From Promethearchaeota archaeon (GTDB lineage: Archaea > Asgardarchaeota > Hermodarchaeia > Hermodarchaeales > Hermodarchaeaceae): DNA of 64,000 nucleotides. The notes under the pieces are model-generated. The model was given only the letters and a program-made list of their open reading frames with translations. It was not told the DNA's origin and did not search any database. The position numbers and the translations under genes were made by a program. Positions 29,201 to 39,122 of this stretch are shown here, piece after piece; within the stretch, counting starts at the first letter, position 1; every line of letters begins with the position of its first letter. The stretch covers positions 1-64,000 of the forward strand of contig JBHLPH010000004.1 in the NCBI GenBank assembly GCA_048939625.1, read 5' to 3'.

Positions 29201-29932
29201 TCATTTGCTGGGTTTTACTGCCTTAATGCATAGAAAAGACGGACGAGTCAACACCCTTTCATAGTCTTCAGGATTCGTCTTCTGAAACTCATCTAAAGGT
29301 CGAGGTTCGAGAATCTTCAAAATTTGAAAACCTGCCTCAATGAGTGGTCCAAAAAAGGCAGTGAGAGGCCTGTGGTAAAAGGGCATGATTGTAGGTTTGC
29401 CGAATCCGGTCCATAGCCATTCGACTCGGCGAGTTTCGAAGTAATCCTTTCGTTCACGCATTGTTGAGGGAGTGCATGGGTGAATGGTGGAAAAGATCAG
29501 TTCACCACCTGGTTTGAGAATGCGATAAAATTCCTTGAAAGTTGAATACCAATCTAAAATGTAGCCCATAACGAGGGAAGAGAAGATGAGGTCAAACGTT
29601 TCCCCTCGGAAAAAAAGGAGAGGTTGATTCAAGTCCACTTCACGAATGTCCGCGTTCTCTCCAAGTCGTTCTCGGCAAATCTCAAGCATTTTGGGACTAA
29701 CATCAACTGCCATAACCTTAGCTCCATGCTCGATAAGATAAGCAGCGTTATGACCTGGACCGCACCCAGCATCAAGAATATAGCGTCCATCAACATCAGG
29801 GAGCAGAGATAAAATTGCAGGGCGTTCAAGGTACGCATTATAATCCTTAGTGAGGACTTTTTCACTATACGCCCTTGCCATTGAATTATATGCCTCCAAG
29901 GCAATGAGCTTATCCTTCTCATCCTTTTCCAT
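29201..29932 (-). CDS. Class I SAM-dependent methyltransferase
   Basis: ILDAGCGPG, VDVSPKML, RILKPGG. Start 29932 has an AGGTG SD. Confidence 0.92.
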   Translation of the reverse strand: MEKDEKDKLIALEAYNSMARAYSEKVLTKDYNAYLERPAILSLLPDVDGRYILDAGCGPGHNAAYLIEHGAKVMAVDVSPKMLEICRERLGENADIREVDLNQPLLFFRGETFDLIFSSLVMGYILDWYSTFKEFYRILKPGGELIFSTIHPCTPSTMRERKDYFETRRVEWLWTGFGKPTIMPFYHRPLTAFFGPLIEAGFQILKILEPRPLDEFQKTNPEDYERVLTRPSFLCIKAVKPSK

Positions 29933-30167
29933 CGAATCGCACCTGGTTAGAAGCATAAAACGAACGTTCAAGAATATTCCGGCGATTTGGAGTGTTTCTG
30001 ATTTTCTACTTTTCCTAGTAATCAAACCTCTTTTAATTCCAAAGAACCGTTAGTACTACCCTATTCACTGGTGATACTAATGGACGATGAGATGAACGAA
30101 TATTTGATGGCAGCCAGAAAGACTCTCAAAGCATTCGATGATTACTCGACGGAGTAGGTGATTCATA

Positions 30168-30563
30168 ATGGTTGAAGCTCTTAAAAAGAAACTAAACTTG
30201 GATTTCGACCAGGCTGTAAAGCATGTTGAAGCAATTGTGAAAGAAGAAGGATTCTCTGTCCTAATGGTAAAGGCGTTACATAATATTTTCAAAGAGAAGT
30301 TAGGTGTCGAGGAGTATCCCCGCTATACGATGATCTGTGCATGTGGTGCCAAATTAGCAAAGGCAGCATTGGATGTTTCCAAAAACGTTGGCTTATTATT
30401 TCCCTGTAGTTTCGTCGTGTATGAAGACGCGGGAGAGGTTTTTGTAGCCCATGTTTCAATTATGAAAATGGCACCTGAAGTTGGACTTGTCCCTGCCAAT
30501 GACATGAAGCACGTAATCGAGATGACCAGCAAAATGATCGATCGTACGTGGTCAAAATTTTAA
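30168..30563 (+). CDS. DUF302 family protein
   Basis: FDQAV, EEGFSV, ICAC, VGLLFPCSFVVYE. Confidence 0.88.
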   Translation: MVEALKKKLNLDFDQAVKHVEAIVKEEGFSVLMVKALHNIFKEKLGVEEYPRYTMICACGAKLAKAALDVSKNVGLLFPCSFVVYEDAGEVFVAHVSIMKMAPEVGLVPANDMKHVIEMTSKMIDRTWSKF

Positions 30564-30738
30564 TCAATTCTGTTGACTGATGTTAGTTCTATGTCCTGTT
30601 AGCGAAGTGAAAACCGCCCGAACATCGTACATGCATGGGCTTTGGTCTTCCTGTCACTTTCGGTAACAAAATCGTCGTTGTTTACAGTGAAGTACTTGTT
30701 AATGCAAGCTGATGAGAATGCTGATGAGCTAGTTTACC

Positions 30739-31149
30739 TTATGTCATCATGCTGGTGACTTTTAATTGGTAAATTCCGCGTAGACCCTGAAGTTCTGTCG
30801 CCAACTGCTTCATTGTGGCTGCACGTCCTTTGACTACAATAACTAGCAAGCAATTATGTGTATCTAAATGAATGTGTGTAACCGATGTAATGAGGTGGGT
30901 GTGTTGATGTTGAATCCGGGTCAATTCGGCCTCAAGCCCGGAAACATCATGATCATAAATAATTGTAATCGTTCCCACTGCACTTGTGTCAGGATCTTGG
31001 TCCCAGCGATACTCCGAGATGAAATCGCGCATTGCCTGTTGAATTGCTTTAGATCGGTCATAACCGATATTGGCAGTTACTTGATCAAATTCCTTTAGAA
31101 GACTGGGAGGGAGCGACATGCTGATTCGGGTAACACCACTTTTTGGCAT
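30739..31149 (-). CDS. nikR: Nickel-responsive regulator NikR
   Basis: Ribbon-helix-helix RISMSLP...DRSKAI; ACT domain with QH, HIH and C nickel ligands. Confidence 0.93.
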   Translation of the reverse strand: MPKSGVTRISMSLPPSLLKEFDQVTANIGYDRSKAIQQAMRDFISEYRWDQDPDTSAVGTITIIYDHDVSGLEAELTRIQHQHTHLITSVTHIHLDTHNCLLVIVVKGRAATMKQLATELQGLRGIYQLKVTSMMT

Positions 31150-31186
31150 TGGGCTTCACTTCGGTTAGGTGCGTATGTGGTTGTGT

Positions 31187-31234
31187 GTAATATTTATATG
31201 CTGGCAGTATTACTTTTTTGATAGGTAGTAATAC
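31187..31234. promoter_or_regulatory. NikR-type operator GTATTA-N16-TAATAC (31207-31234) plus overlapping GTAATA-N15-TATTAC across the TATA box
   Basis: Half-sites read directly. The spacing equals the E. coli GTATGA-N16-TCATAC operator, and the site lies between nikR and the radical SAM gene. Confidence 0.75.
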
Positions 31235-31235
31235 C

Positions 31236-32534
31236 ATGCTCGGCTACATCGCTAACCGTCGACTCGCCAACAGCTTCTCTAAAATCAAGTTCCAATTCGG
31301 TGAAATTAACTGGAAAGAAATTTCACCGGACCATGTTGGAATCTACATTCATGTTCCCTTCTGCGAGCAACTGTGTGCATTCTGCCCCTTCCATAAAGTG
31401 CGATATCAAGAAGACCTCAAAGACCTTTACCTCAAAAGCATTGAAAAAGAAATTCACCAACGTGGCGTGCAGGGAGAAGTTGAATGGGTGTATATCGGTG
31501 GTGGGACTCCGAATTTATTACAGCCAGCAGAAATAGGACGTATTCTAGGGGCGCTGCGTAAATACGTCGATTTGGCGAATATTGGTATGGAAGGGAATCC
31601 CAAGCAATTTACACCAAAATATCTTGAAGCCGTTCGTAAACTCGGTGTGGAGAAGCTCAGCACTGGTGTCGAATCACTGAAGCCTGATACGCTGCAGCAT
31701 GTCAATCGGGCGAAGGCAGATGAGGCGCAGATTCAGTCAATTGTTGACCACGCCAGAGATCTTGGATTCACGGTGAATATCGATTTAATGGTCGGGCTTC
31801 CCAAGCAAACGAAGGCTGACTTTCTCTTTGATGTAGATCGAGTAGGCGTGGTGAATCCCCAACAAATCACGACCTATCCGTTTATGGAGATTCCGGGAGT
31901 GCGCGTCACTCCAGAAATGGATTCCCGAAGCATGTTTAACCTTATTGAACAAGCTGGAGAAATCTTAGACGGTCATGGATATTTCCGCGAGAATGTGTGG
32001 GTCTTTTCAAAGACCCAAAAAATCTATGATTCGGCTCGCGATGAGTTAGTGATAGATTACCTGGGATTTGGAGCGGCCGCTTTCAGCAAGGTAGGCGGTT
32101 CTCAAATGGTCAATCCGCCTTTACCATTATATGTGGATATGCAACGGAATGACAAGGCGTTAGCTTTCCAGACAAAAGTGGATGAAACGTCAGAGTTTTG
32201 GCGTAAATTTGCTCATGAACTCTATAATCTACAAATGGATTCCGAAGTCATTGAAGAGATGCCTAGAAGCATCAAATTTGTCCTCTCGATACTCCGGTTC
32301 GCAGGACATGTAAAAGGAAACGAAGTGACTAAGAAAGGTCGATTTTTCGTCCATGATTTGACAAAAACCGTGGTTGAGAGTTTACCCTTTCCAATAAACA
32401 ATCCGTTGGCAATCGTGAATTACCCTGAATATGAAGCCCTTCTCGAATCAGCGCAAGCGCTCCTTTTGAATAATGCTTCAGAAGTCGAGTCTCTCACGAC
32501 AGCACCAGTGGATTCTGAACTGATTAATCGGTAG
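31236..32534 (+). CDS. HemN-like (class C/MenK-like) radical SAM enzyme
   Basis: IYIHVPFCEQLCAFC (CxxxCxxC), YIGGGTP, NIDLMVGLP, YLGFGAAA. ATG 31236 preferred over TTG 31218. Confidence 0.9.
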   Translation: MLGYIANRRLANSFSKIKFQFGEINWKEISPDHVGIYIHVPFCEQLCAFCPFHKVRYQEDLKDLYLKSIEKEIHQRGVQGEVEWVYIGGGTPNLLQPAEIGRILGALRKYVDLANIGMEGNPKQFTPKYLEAVRKLGVEKLSTGVESLKPDTLQHVNRAKADEAQIQSIVDHARDLGFTVNIDLMVGLPKQTKADFLFDVDRVGVVNPQQITTYPFMEIPGVRVTPEMDSRSMFNLIEQAGEILDGHGYFRENVWVFSKTQKIYDSARDELVIDYLGFGAAAFSKVGGSQMVNPPLPLYVDMQRNDKALAFQTKVDETSEFWRKFAHELYNLQMDSEVIEEMPRSIKFVLSILRFAGHVKGNEVTKKGRFFVHDLTKTVVESLPFPINNPLAIVNYPEYEALLESAQALLLNNASEVESLTTAPVDSELINR

Positions 32535-32625
32535 ATGATGAGTACTAACATCCGCTATCAGAAATCATTTCATAAGAAGTCGCCTAATCCAATGAGGATG
32601 TCTCCACTTTATGGTGCATCCAAGT

Positions 32626-32781
32626 TCAGCAATCTGTGGGGATATCTAAAGAGTTGACGACGAGAAAATGAAAGCCATGATTCTCTGGTTCTTTGATGAG
32701 TTTGGTGACCGGTGCACCACAATTTAGACATACCTCAACGGTATCAGGTAGTTTCTTTTCGCAAACTGGGCAATGAATCAT
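32626..32781 (-). CDS. Small zinc-ribbon protein (not in ORF track)
   Basis: MIHCPVCEKKLPDTVEVCLNCGAPVTKLIKEPENHGFHFLVVNSLDIPTDC* (51 aa). Confidence 0.6.
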   Translation of the reverse strand: MIHCPVCEKKLPDTVEVCLNCGAPVTKLIKEPENHGFHFLVVNSLDIPTDC

Positions 32782-32880
32782 GTCGGTCACCCACAGAAAG
32801 GCGGTAACTTCACCCCTAAAAACTTCGGTGAACCAAGCAGTATCTAAAATTGCTAGATAAAAGATAGCTAGAAAACTTTG

Positions 32881-33675
32881 TTAGATTCCGAGATAGTCAC
32901 CATGAATGAATTGGTGATTAAACCACGCCACGATGGCTTCCATGGTTTGTTCAAAGGCGATTGGGTTTGTGAGGTTATGATCAGCTCCTTGTACCACAAC
33001 CAGCTCTTTTGGTTCATTGGCAGCCTCGAAAAGCCGTTTTACCCCTTCTAGATCGATTCCTTGATCCGCGTCTCCGGTGATGATGAAAAGCGGGCAGGTT
33101 AGTTTGTGGATTTCTTTCATGGCATTATATTGCGTAGCATCCTGAATCATACGGTTAATGACTCCAGCCCGTATATCTGGTTCCGTAAGACCATGCATTA
33201 CATCCGGAGAGGTTCGTAACAATTCGTCAATTGCAGCAGGAACAACAGGCGATTGAGCAAAAGCAAGGGGATCATAAACTGGTGCACGTAGCGCTATTGC
33301 AGTGATCAAGGGATTGTTAATTGCTTCGATTATGGCGACAGTAGCCCCATAACTTGCGGCGTATAATCCAACCCATTCCGGTGAGATGTGACCAGATGCA
33401 AGGAAATGCTTCATAGCGGCTTGAGCGTCTTTAATCTCACCAGCCAAGCTGAAATAACCATCACTAGATCGAAAGCCACGAAAGTCGAAGGTTAGCACCG
33501 CAAAGCCTGCCTCGGCAAGCCTTGTGGCGATTCCACTAACCTGGTCTGAAGATCCAGGGAATCCATGAAACTTACAGATTCCAGCAAACACACCGTCGCC
33601 TTCTGGAAGCACGAAGTTACCTCGAATTGTTTCTCCCTCAGAAGAGAACATGGTTGGTAAAACGCGGATTGTCAT
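32881..33675 (-). CDS. Alpha/beta hydrolase
   Basis: HGFPG, FDFRGF, AASYG nucleophile elbow, GDAD, GADH. Confidence 0.9.
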   Translation of the reverse strand: MTIRVLPTMFSSEGETIRGNFVLPEGDGVFAGICKFHGFPGSSDQVSGIATRLAEAGFAVLTFDFRGFRSSDGYFSLAGEIKDAQAAMKHFLASGHISPEWVGLYAASYGATVAIIEAINNPLITAIALRAPVYDPLAFAQSPVVPAAIDELLRTSPDVMHGLTEPDIRAGVINRMIQDATQYNAMKEIHKLTCPLFIITGDADQGIDLEGVKRLFEAANEPKELVVVQGADHNLTNPIAFEQTMEAIVAWFNHQFIHGDYLGI

Positions 33676-33843
33676 AAGATGACCTCTATTCTCTTGGGGT
33701 TATTTCGGTTTTAATACGGTTAACACTCCACTCCAAATCCCAATTTGCGGGTTACAATTTATATTCCTAGTGGTGTTGGCACTACTCAGCGACTGAGAAT
33801 TAGCAAAGAGTTTTGAGCCGAGACTTCACCTAATCGAGCCGGA

Positions 33844-35607
33844 GTGATACAAGTGAACAGAACAGATGATGTTTCCGTGTTAATTGGTGGCGAAGCAGGC
33901 GCAGGTATCTCCGCAGCAGGCATTTCATTAGGCAAGGTGTTCATGCGTGGGGGACTTCACGTGTTTGGCACCGTAGATTACCCCTCTCTGATTCGAGGTG
34001 GTCATAACTTTTACATGATCCGTGCGAGCAAGAATCCAGTCTATACTCAATGGGATACTCATGACCTTATTGTCGCTTTAGATGTAAACACAATTCAAAG
34101 GCATCTGAAAGCCCTCAAATCAGATGGGGGTATAATTTATGATAGCGATGAGATTAATGCCAAGATTTCGGATTTGCCAAAAAAAGTTGAGAATCTCTTT
34201 CCTATTCCCCTCACGAATATTGTTAAGGAAGTTCAAGGTCGCGATGTGGTTCGCAACACCATCGCCGTAGGTGCCACTTTGGGGATTTTAGGATTTAACA
34301 TAGAAATCCTTGAAAATATCCTTCAAGAATCCTTCGAACAAAAGGGCGACAAGGTTGTCAGTATGAATGTGAAAGCCGCTCGAGCGGGCTATGACTATGC
34401 TGTCACCCATTATGCGAACAAGCTTGCGCATCAACTGGCTCCTACGAAAAAGATCCAAAAGGATCGAATTTTTCTGAATGGTAACGAAGCTACAGCCTTG
34501 GGAGCCATTGCTGCTGGCTGTCAATTCTATGCTGCTTATCCTATGACTCCGGCATCAGGGTTACTACATTTTCTTATCGCCCAGGCTGAGAAATTTAACA
34601 TGATTACTATTCAAGCAGAAAGTGAGATTGCTGCAATTAATATGGCAATCGGTGCATCCTATGCTGGAGTTCGAGCCATGACCGGCACATCCGGCGGCGG
34701 ATTCTGCCTAATGACCGAAGCTCTCAGCATGGCGGCTATGACAGAAACTCCACTAGTAATTATGTTAGCCCAACGGACAGGCCCCAGCACTGGGCTCCCT
34801 ACATATACCGCACAGAGTGATCTCCGGTTCGCGATTCATGCTGCACACGGCGAGTTTCCACGAGTTGTGATTGCCCCCGGTGATGTAAATGAATGCTTCA
34901 AGTTTACAATTGATGCCTTCAATCTCGCTGACGAGTTTCAAATTCCGGTCATCTTACTCACAGACAAACAGCTTGTCGAAAGTTCGGCATCAATCTCGCC
35001 TTTCACCGCAGAGGGGGTTGAAATCAACCGAGGAAAACTTCTCCCCATGACCCCTTACTCCGGTAAAGAACCGTATTCACGGCATAAACTGACTAATGAT
35101 GGAATTTCGCCCCGTCTAATCCCAGGGACCCCTGGAGCCTTAATTCACTCTGACTCTGCGGTCCACAAAGAAAGTGGTTTCCAAGGCGATGATTGTGCTA
35201 TCGCTACCAAAATGGCAGATAAACGTTATCAGAAACTTCCAGCACTCTTCAAAACCCTAAAGACAAAACCCCTCATCAAGATGTATGGACCCAAAAAAAC
35301 AGATGTCACACTCGTAGGTTGGGGTTCAACCAAAGGAGTAGCCTTGGAAGTGCTTCGCCTCCTAGAAGCGGAGAACATCAAAGCAAACTTCCTGCAAGTG
35401 ATTTACCTTACACCGTTTCCAGCTGAGGAAATCAACGCAGCCTTGGAACGAAAGAACCTCGTTCTAATTGAGGGTAATCAGACTGGCCAGCTGGGAAGCC
35501 TCATCAAAGAGCATACAGGAATCGAAATACCACAACGCATCTTTCGCTATGATGGAAGGGCCTTCAATCCCTTGCAACTCACGCGACGCATCAAGGAGGA
35601 ACTCTAA
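33844..35607 (+). CDS. korA: 2-oxoacid:ferredoxin oxidoreductase alpha (gamma-alpha fusion)
   Basis: IGGEAGAG, YPSLIRGGHN, YPMTPAS, ESEIAA, TSGGGF, QRTGPSTGLPT. Confidence 0.95.
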   Translation: MIQVNRTDDVSVLIGGEAGAGISAAGISLGKVFMRGGLHVFGTVDYPSLIRGGHNFYMIRASKNPVYTQWDTHDLIVALDVNTIQRHLKALKSDGGIIYDSDEINAKISDLPKKVENLFPIPLTNIVKEVQGRDVVRNTIAVGATLGILGFNIEILENILQESFEQKGDKVVSMNVKAARAGYDYAVTHYANKLAHQLAPTKKIQKDRIFLNGNEATALGAIAAGCQFYAAYPMTPASGLLHFLIAQAEKFNMITIQAESEIAAINMAIGASYAGVRAMTGTSGGGFCLMTEALSMAAMTETPLVIMLAQRTGPSTGLPTYTAQSDLRFAIHAAHGEFPRVVIAPGDVNECFKFTIDAFNLADEFQIPVILLTDKQLVESSASISPFTAEGVEINRGKLLPMTPYSGKEPYSRHKLTNDGISPRLIPGTPGALIHSDSAVHKESGFQGDDCAIATKMADKRYQKLPALFKTLKTKPLIKMYGPKKTDVTLVGWGSTKGVALEVLRLLEAENIKANFLQVIYLTPFPAEEINAALERKNLVLIEGNQTGQLGSLIKEHTGIEIPQRIFRYDGRAFNPLQLTRRIKEEL

Positions 35608-35632
35608 TACGGAATTGAAGGATGGATGAATA

Positions 35633-36496
35633 ATGGATAAACCAACTCGTGAAAGTATCAAAACCCAAGAAACCAACACCTGGTGCCCAGGATGTGGCAA
35701 TTTTGGTGTGCTCCGCGCATTACAGAGCGCAATCGTGGATTTGGGTCTTCCACAAGACCAGGTCCTGCTGGTAACAGGCATTGGTTGTCATGGAAAAATC
35801 TACAATTACGTTAACGTGAATGGATTTCATGGTATCCATGGACGTGTCCTTCCTGTTATGACAGGGATTAAATTGACAAATCATGACCTTACTGTCATTG
35901 GCCATGCTGGTGATGGTGACCAATTTGATGAAGGTTTAGGTCATTTTCCTCATGCCGCTCGACGTAATATCGATGTTAAGTTGTTCACTCATAACAACAA
36001 AGTCTATGGGTTAACGACGGGACAAACTTCCCCCACTAGCATCCAAGGATATGTAAGCAAAACCACACCTCACGGCTCATTCCCTCCTCGAATTGAACCA
36101 TTACAAATCGCTTTGGCTAGCAACGCATCATTTGTGGCGCGAGGATGGGTCGGTGATGTAGAGCATCTCAAGGAACTTATGAAGGCTGCTATCCAGCACA
36201 AGGGTTTTGCATTTGTCGATATGCTTCAAGTTTGTTTCACATTCAATCGGGTGCAAAATTTCCAGTACTACCGGAACCGTGTCTACAAGCTCGAAGAACA
36301 AGGACACGATGCTTCAGATCTAGCGGCCGCAATGAAACGAGCTAGTGAGTGGGGAGAGAAAATCCCCATTGGTATCTTCTACCGTGAAAATCGACCAGTC
36401 TATCGCAGTTCTTATTCCCAACTCGAAAAGTCGCCTTTAATCAAACAAGCTCCTCAAACTAAGAGGTTTGTTGAAGTCCTTCAAGAACTAGCTTGA
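35633..36496 (+). CDS. korB: 2-oxoacid:ferredoxin oxidoreductase beta
   Basis: WCPGCGNF, GIGC, HGR, GDGD TPP motif, YGLTTGQTSPT. Confidence 0.95.
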   Translation: MDKPTRESIKTQETNTWCPGCGNFGVLRALQSAIVDLGLPQDQVLLVTGIGCHGKIYNYVNVNGFHGIHGRVLPVMTGIKLTNHDLTVIGHAGDGDQFDEGLGHFPHAARRNIDVKLFTHNNKVYGLTTGQTSPTSIQGYVSKTTPHGSFPPRIEPLQIALASNASFVARGWVGDVEHLKELMKAAIQHKGFAFVDMLQVCFTFNRVQNFQYYRNRVYKLEEQGHDASDLAAAMKRASEWGEKIPIGIFYRENRPVYRSSYSQLEKSPLIKQAPQTKRFVEVLQELA

Positions 36497-36528
36497 AAAA
36501 AAGAGGAAGAGTGCCTGCTAGCTCGGGG

Positions 36529-36966
36529 CTAAGCAGGCTTAATGAAGTAAGCTAAGTCGCCACCTTCAAGTTCTTGTGGTTCAATTTTGACTTTCATGCC
36601 CACTTTGGGTTTACTAGTTAAACCTTTCATGTGCCCAATGAGATGCAAATTATCTTCGAACTCGATGACACCGACCACATAAGGAACATTGGTTCGCCGA
36701 GCGATACCTTCGGGAGCAAAATGCACAATTGACCATGTGTAAAGTGTCCCTTCAGGATTCACTTCAAACCAAGTGAGGTCCTTACCACCACATGGGCAGG
36801 TAAATCGGGGTGGCATGAATTTCTTTCCACAAGACTTGCATTCTGTCGCCAGGAATTTACCTTCCTTCAGCCCATCAATGAACTTGCGAAATTCAGCAGT
36901 CATTCGTTGACGATGCTTAACATCCGAGGACAATTCTTGTACTAAACCTAGTTGGGGTTCACTCAT
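36529..36966 (-). CDS. DUF35 Zn-ribbon/OB-fold protein (thiolase partner)
   Basis: CKSCG...PPRFTCPCG, GTLYTWS, PYVVGVIE; directly follows the thiolase. Confidence 0.92.
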   Translation of the reverse strand: MSEPQLGLVQELSSDVKHRQRMTAEFRKFIDGLKEGKFLATECKSCGKKFMPPRFTCPCGGKDLTWFEVNPEGTLYTWSIVHFAPEGIARRTNVPYVVGVIEFEDNLHLIGHMKGLTSKPKVGMKVKIEPQELEGGDLAYFIKPA

Positions 36967-36977
36967 AACATTTCACC

Positions 36978-38189
36978 TCAGGGCTCTAAAATGAAGACGT
37001 TCACAAACTGACCATGTTGGCCAACATTGTGACACAATGCAACTTTTACATCGGGAACTTGACGTTCTTTTTCTGCTTTGCCGAAGACTTGCTTGTAAGC
37101 GTCAACGACCTGTCCGATACCGGTAGCGCCTAAGGGGTGACCCTTAGATTTGAGTCCGCCATCAACATTTACAGGAACTCCTGGTCCGTCAATGTAGGGT
37201 CCACGTTCTTCAGCCCATTTACCTCCTTGACCTCGTTCACAGAAACCAAGATCTTCATAAGCCATGACTTCGGCAACGCTGAAGCAGTCGTGAACATAGG
37301 CGACATCAATATCCTTAGCAGAGCGGCCCGATGATTTATACGCCATCTCCCCAGCTCTCACTGACCCACTCAGATTTGTAAGATTTGGACGATCAGTAAC
37401 ACGCATTGTGTCTGAAGAACAACCAAGACCAGTAATCCAGAGTGGATCACTTGACATCTCCTTCGCTTTTTCTTCATTTGCTAGAATGACGGTTGCAGAA
37501 CCATCGCTAATCAAGCAACAGTCATAGAGGCGAAGGGGTAAGGCAATGGGGACGGCGTTATTAGCATCTTCAATCGAGACTTTTCGACGCAGATGTGCTA
37601 ATTTGTTATAGTAGCCATAATAATGGCTTTTCACTGACACTGCAGAAAGCTGGTCACGTGTAAGTCCATCAACAGCCATCTTTCGTGCAGCGTAAAGGGA
37701 GTAGAAAGTTGGAAAACTAATTCCATAAGGATACTCCCACCTGTGGTCTCCAGCCACTGACATCAATTCAGTTGCGTAAGCAGTGGATACCCAGGTCATT
37801 GTTTCAACGCCGATGGCTGCCATGACATCGAATTGCCCAGATGCAATCTGTGCCCAGGCTGTTCTGATAGCAGTGGAGCCAGTAGCGCATGCAGTTTCAA
37901 CGCGCATTGTGGGTTTGCCAATAATACCGACTTCATCAGCGATGAGTGCGGCAGCAGCACCTTGGCCTGCAAATGCTTCTGCGGCAATGCCGATAACACT
38001 GGCTTCGACATCACCATTTGTAATTCCTGCATGTTCGAGGGCAGGAAAGTATGATTCGTGTGCCAGTTCTCGGATTGTGACGGCGGGATAGGTGGCTTTC
38101 TCGCCTTCAATGTCTTCTTCGATGATTTGGCCGCGTTTGCCGTATTTGCTGTGACCAACGCCCACAATGGCGACTTTTGGTAGTGCCAC
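36978..38189 (-). CDS. Archaeal-type thiolase (acetyl-CoA C-acyltransferase)
   Basis: VETACATG (catalytic Cys), DCCLISDG, HDCF, GGLKSKGHPLGATG. Confidence 0.93.
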   Translation of the reverse strand: MALPKVAIVGVGHSKYGKRGQIIEEDIEGEKATYPAVTIRELAHESYFPALEHAGITNGDVEASVIGIAAEAFAGQGAAAALIADEVGIIGKPTMRVETACATGSTAIRTAWAQIASGQFDVMAAIGVETMTWVSTAYATELMSVAGDHRWEYPYGISFPTFYSLYAARKMAVDGLTRDQLSAVSVKSHYYGYYNKLAHLRRKVSIEDANNAVPIALPLRLYDCCLISDGSATVILANEEKAKEMSSDPLWITGLGCSSDTMRVTDRPNLTNLSGSVRAGEMAYKSSGRSAKDIDVAYVHDCFSVAEVMAYEDLGFCERGQGGKWAEERGPYIDGPGVPVNVDGGLKSKGHPLGATGIGQVVDAYKQVFGKAEKERQVPDVKVALCHNVGQHGQFVNVFILEP

Positions 38190-38280
38190 TTATTTTTCAC
38201 CTATGTATTGTTCGTATCGTGATACTTCTATCGCGGTTTTCGCTAATAGAATCTTTTGTTGTATTAGTTTAGCTGTGTGT

Positions 38281-39093
38281 TTACTTGCCCTTAAATTTGG
38301 GTTTGGATTTAGAGAACACTGCAGCAATTCCAGTTGAAAGATCTTCAGTATCGAAGGTGGCTAGCATGCCTTCTAGTTCAGTGACATTACCTTTCTCTAC
38401 GGGAACGTCAAAGGAGTGGTTGATTGCGTCTTTAGCCAACTTGAGAGCAATAGGTGCATTATCGGCAAGTGATTGTGCTAGGAACAGGGCTTCACCATGG
38501 AGTTCGTCGCTGGGGACCACCTTGTTTACTAAACCCATTTCGAGGGCTTCATCAGCGAGCACGTCACGACCTGTTAGAACAATTTCCTTGGCTCGGCCCA
38601 TGCCAACAACTCGTGGTAGGCGTTGGGTTCCACCCCAACCTGGGATGAGGCCAAGTTTTACTTCGGGATTGCTGAATTTAGTCTCCTTCGAAGCGACACG
38701 TAAATCACAGGCCAGGCTCATTTCTAATCCTCCGCCCATACAAAGGCCGTGGATTTCAGCGATAAATGGTTTAGGAAAGGCTTCAATACGCCGGAATAGC
38801 TTTTGTCCGGATTCCATGAATTCTTTCGCCATTTTCCTATCTTGAGCCATTTGTGCTGCTGCTGTAAGATCGGCTCCTACTGAGAATGCTTTCTCGGAAG
38901 CAGATCGAATGATAACGGCACGAACGTTGTTGTCTTTTTCGATTTTATCCAGAACATCATTCATATCTTTAATGAGCTCTGGTCCAATCGCGTTGAGTTT
39001 TCCAGGACGGTTTAGGGTGATAACTCCGATTTGTTCTTCTTCGGCAAGAAAGTGCCCTTCAACCGCATAGGTGATAGTTTCATAATCTGCCAT
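38281..39093 (-). CDS. crt: Enoyl-CoA hydratase/crotonase
   Basis: LNRPGKLNA, FSVGADL, GGGLE, PEVKLGLIPGWGGTQRL. Confidence 0.94.
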   Translation of the reverse strand: MADYETITYAVEGHFLAEEEQIGVITLNRPGKLNAIGPELIKDMNDVLDKIEKDNNVRAVIIRSASEKAFSVGADLTAAAQMAQDRKMAKEFMESGQKLFRRIEAFPKPFIAEIHGLCMGGGLEMSLACDLRVASKETKFSNPEVKLGLIPGWGGTQRLPRVVGMGRAKEIVLTGRDVLADEALEMGLVNKVVPSDELHGEALFLAQSLADNAPIALKLAKDAINHSFDVPVEKGNVTELEGMLATFDTEDLSTGIAAVFSKSKPKFKGK

Positions 39094-39122
39094 TTTCGTT
39101 TTTCCTCCTACTTGATTGAATT

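Noticed and set aside
30705-30740. Tandem GCTGATGAG resembling a hammerhead core or C/D boxes
   Set aside because: No downstream GAAA with supporting stems, and no terminal D box at suitable spacing.
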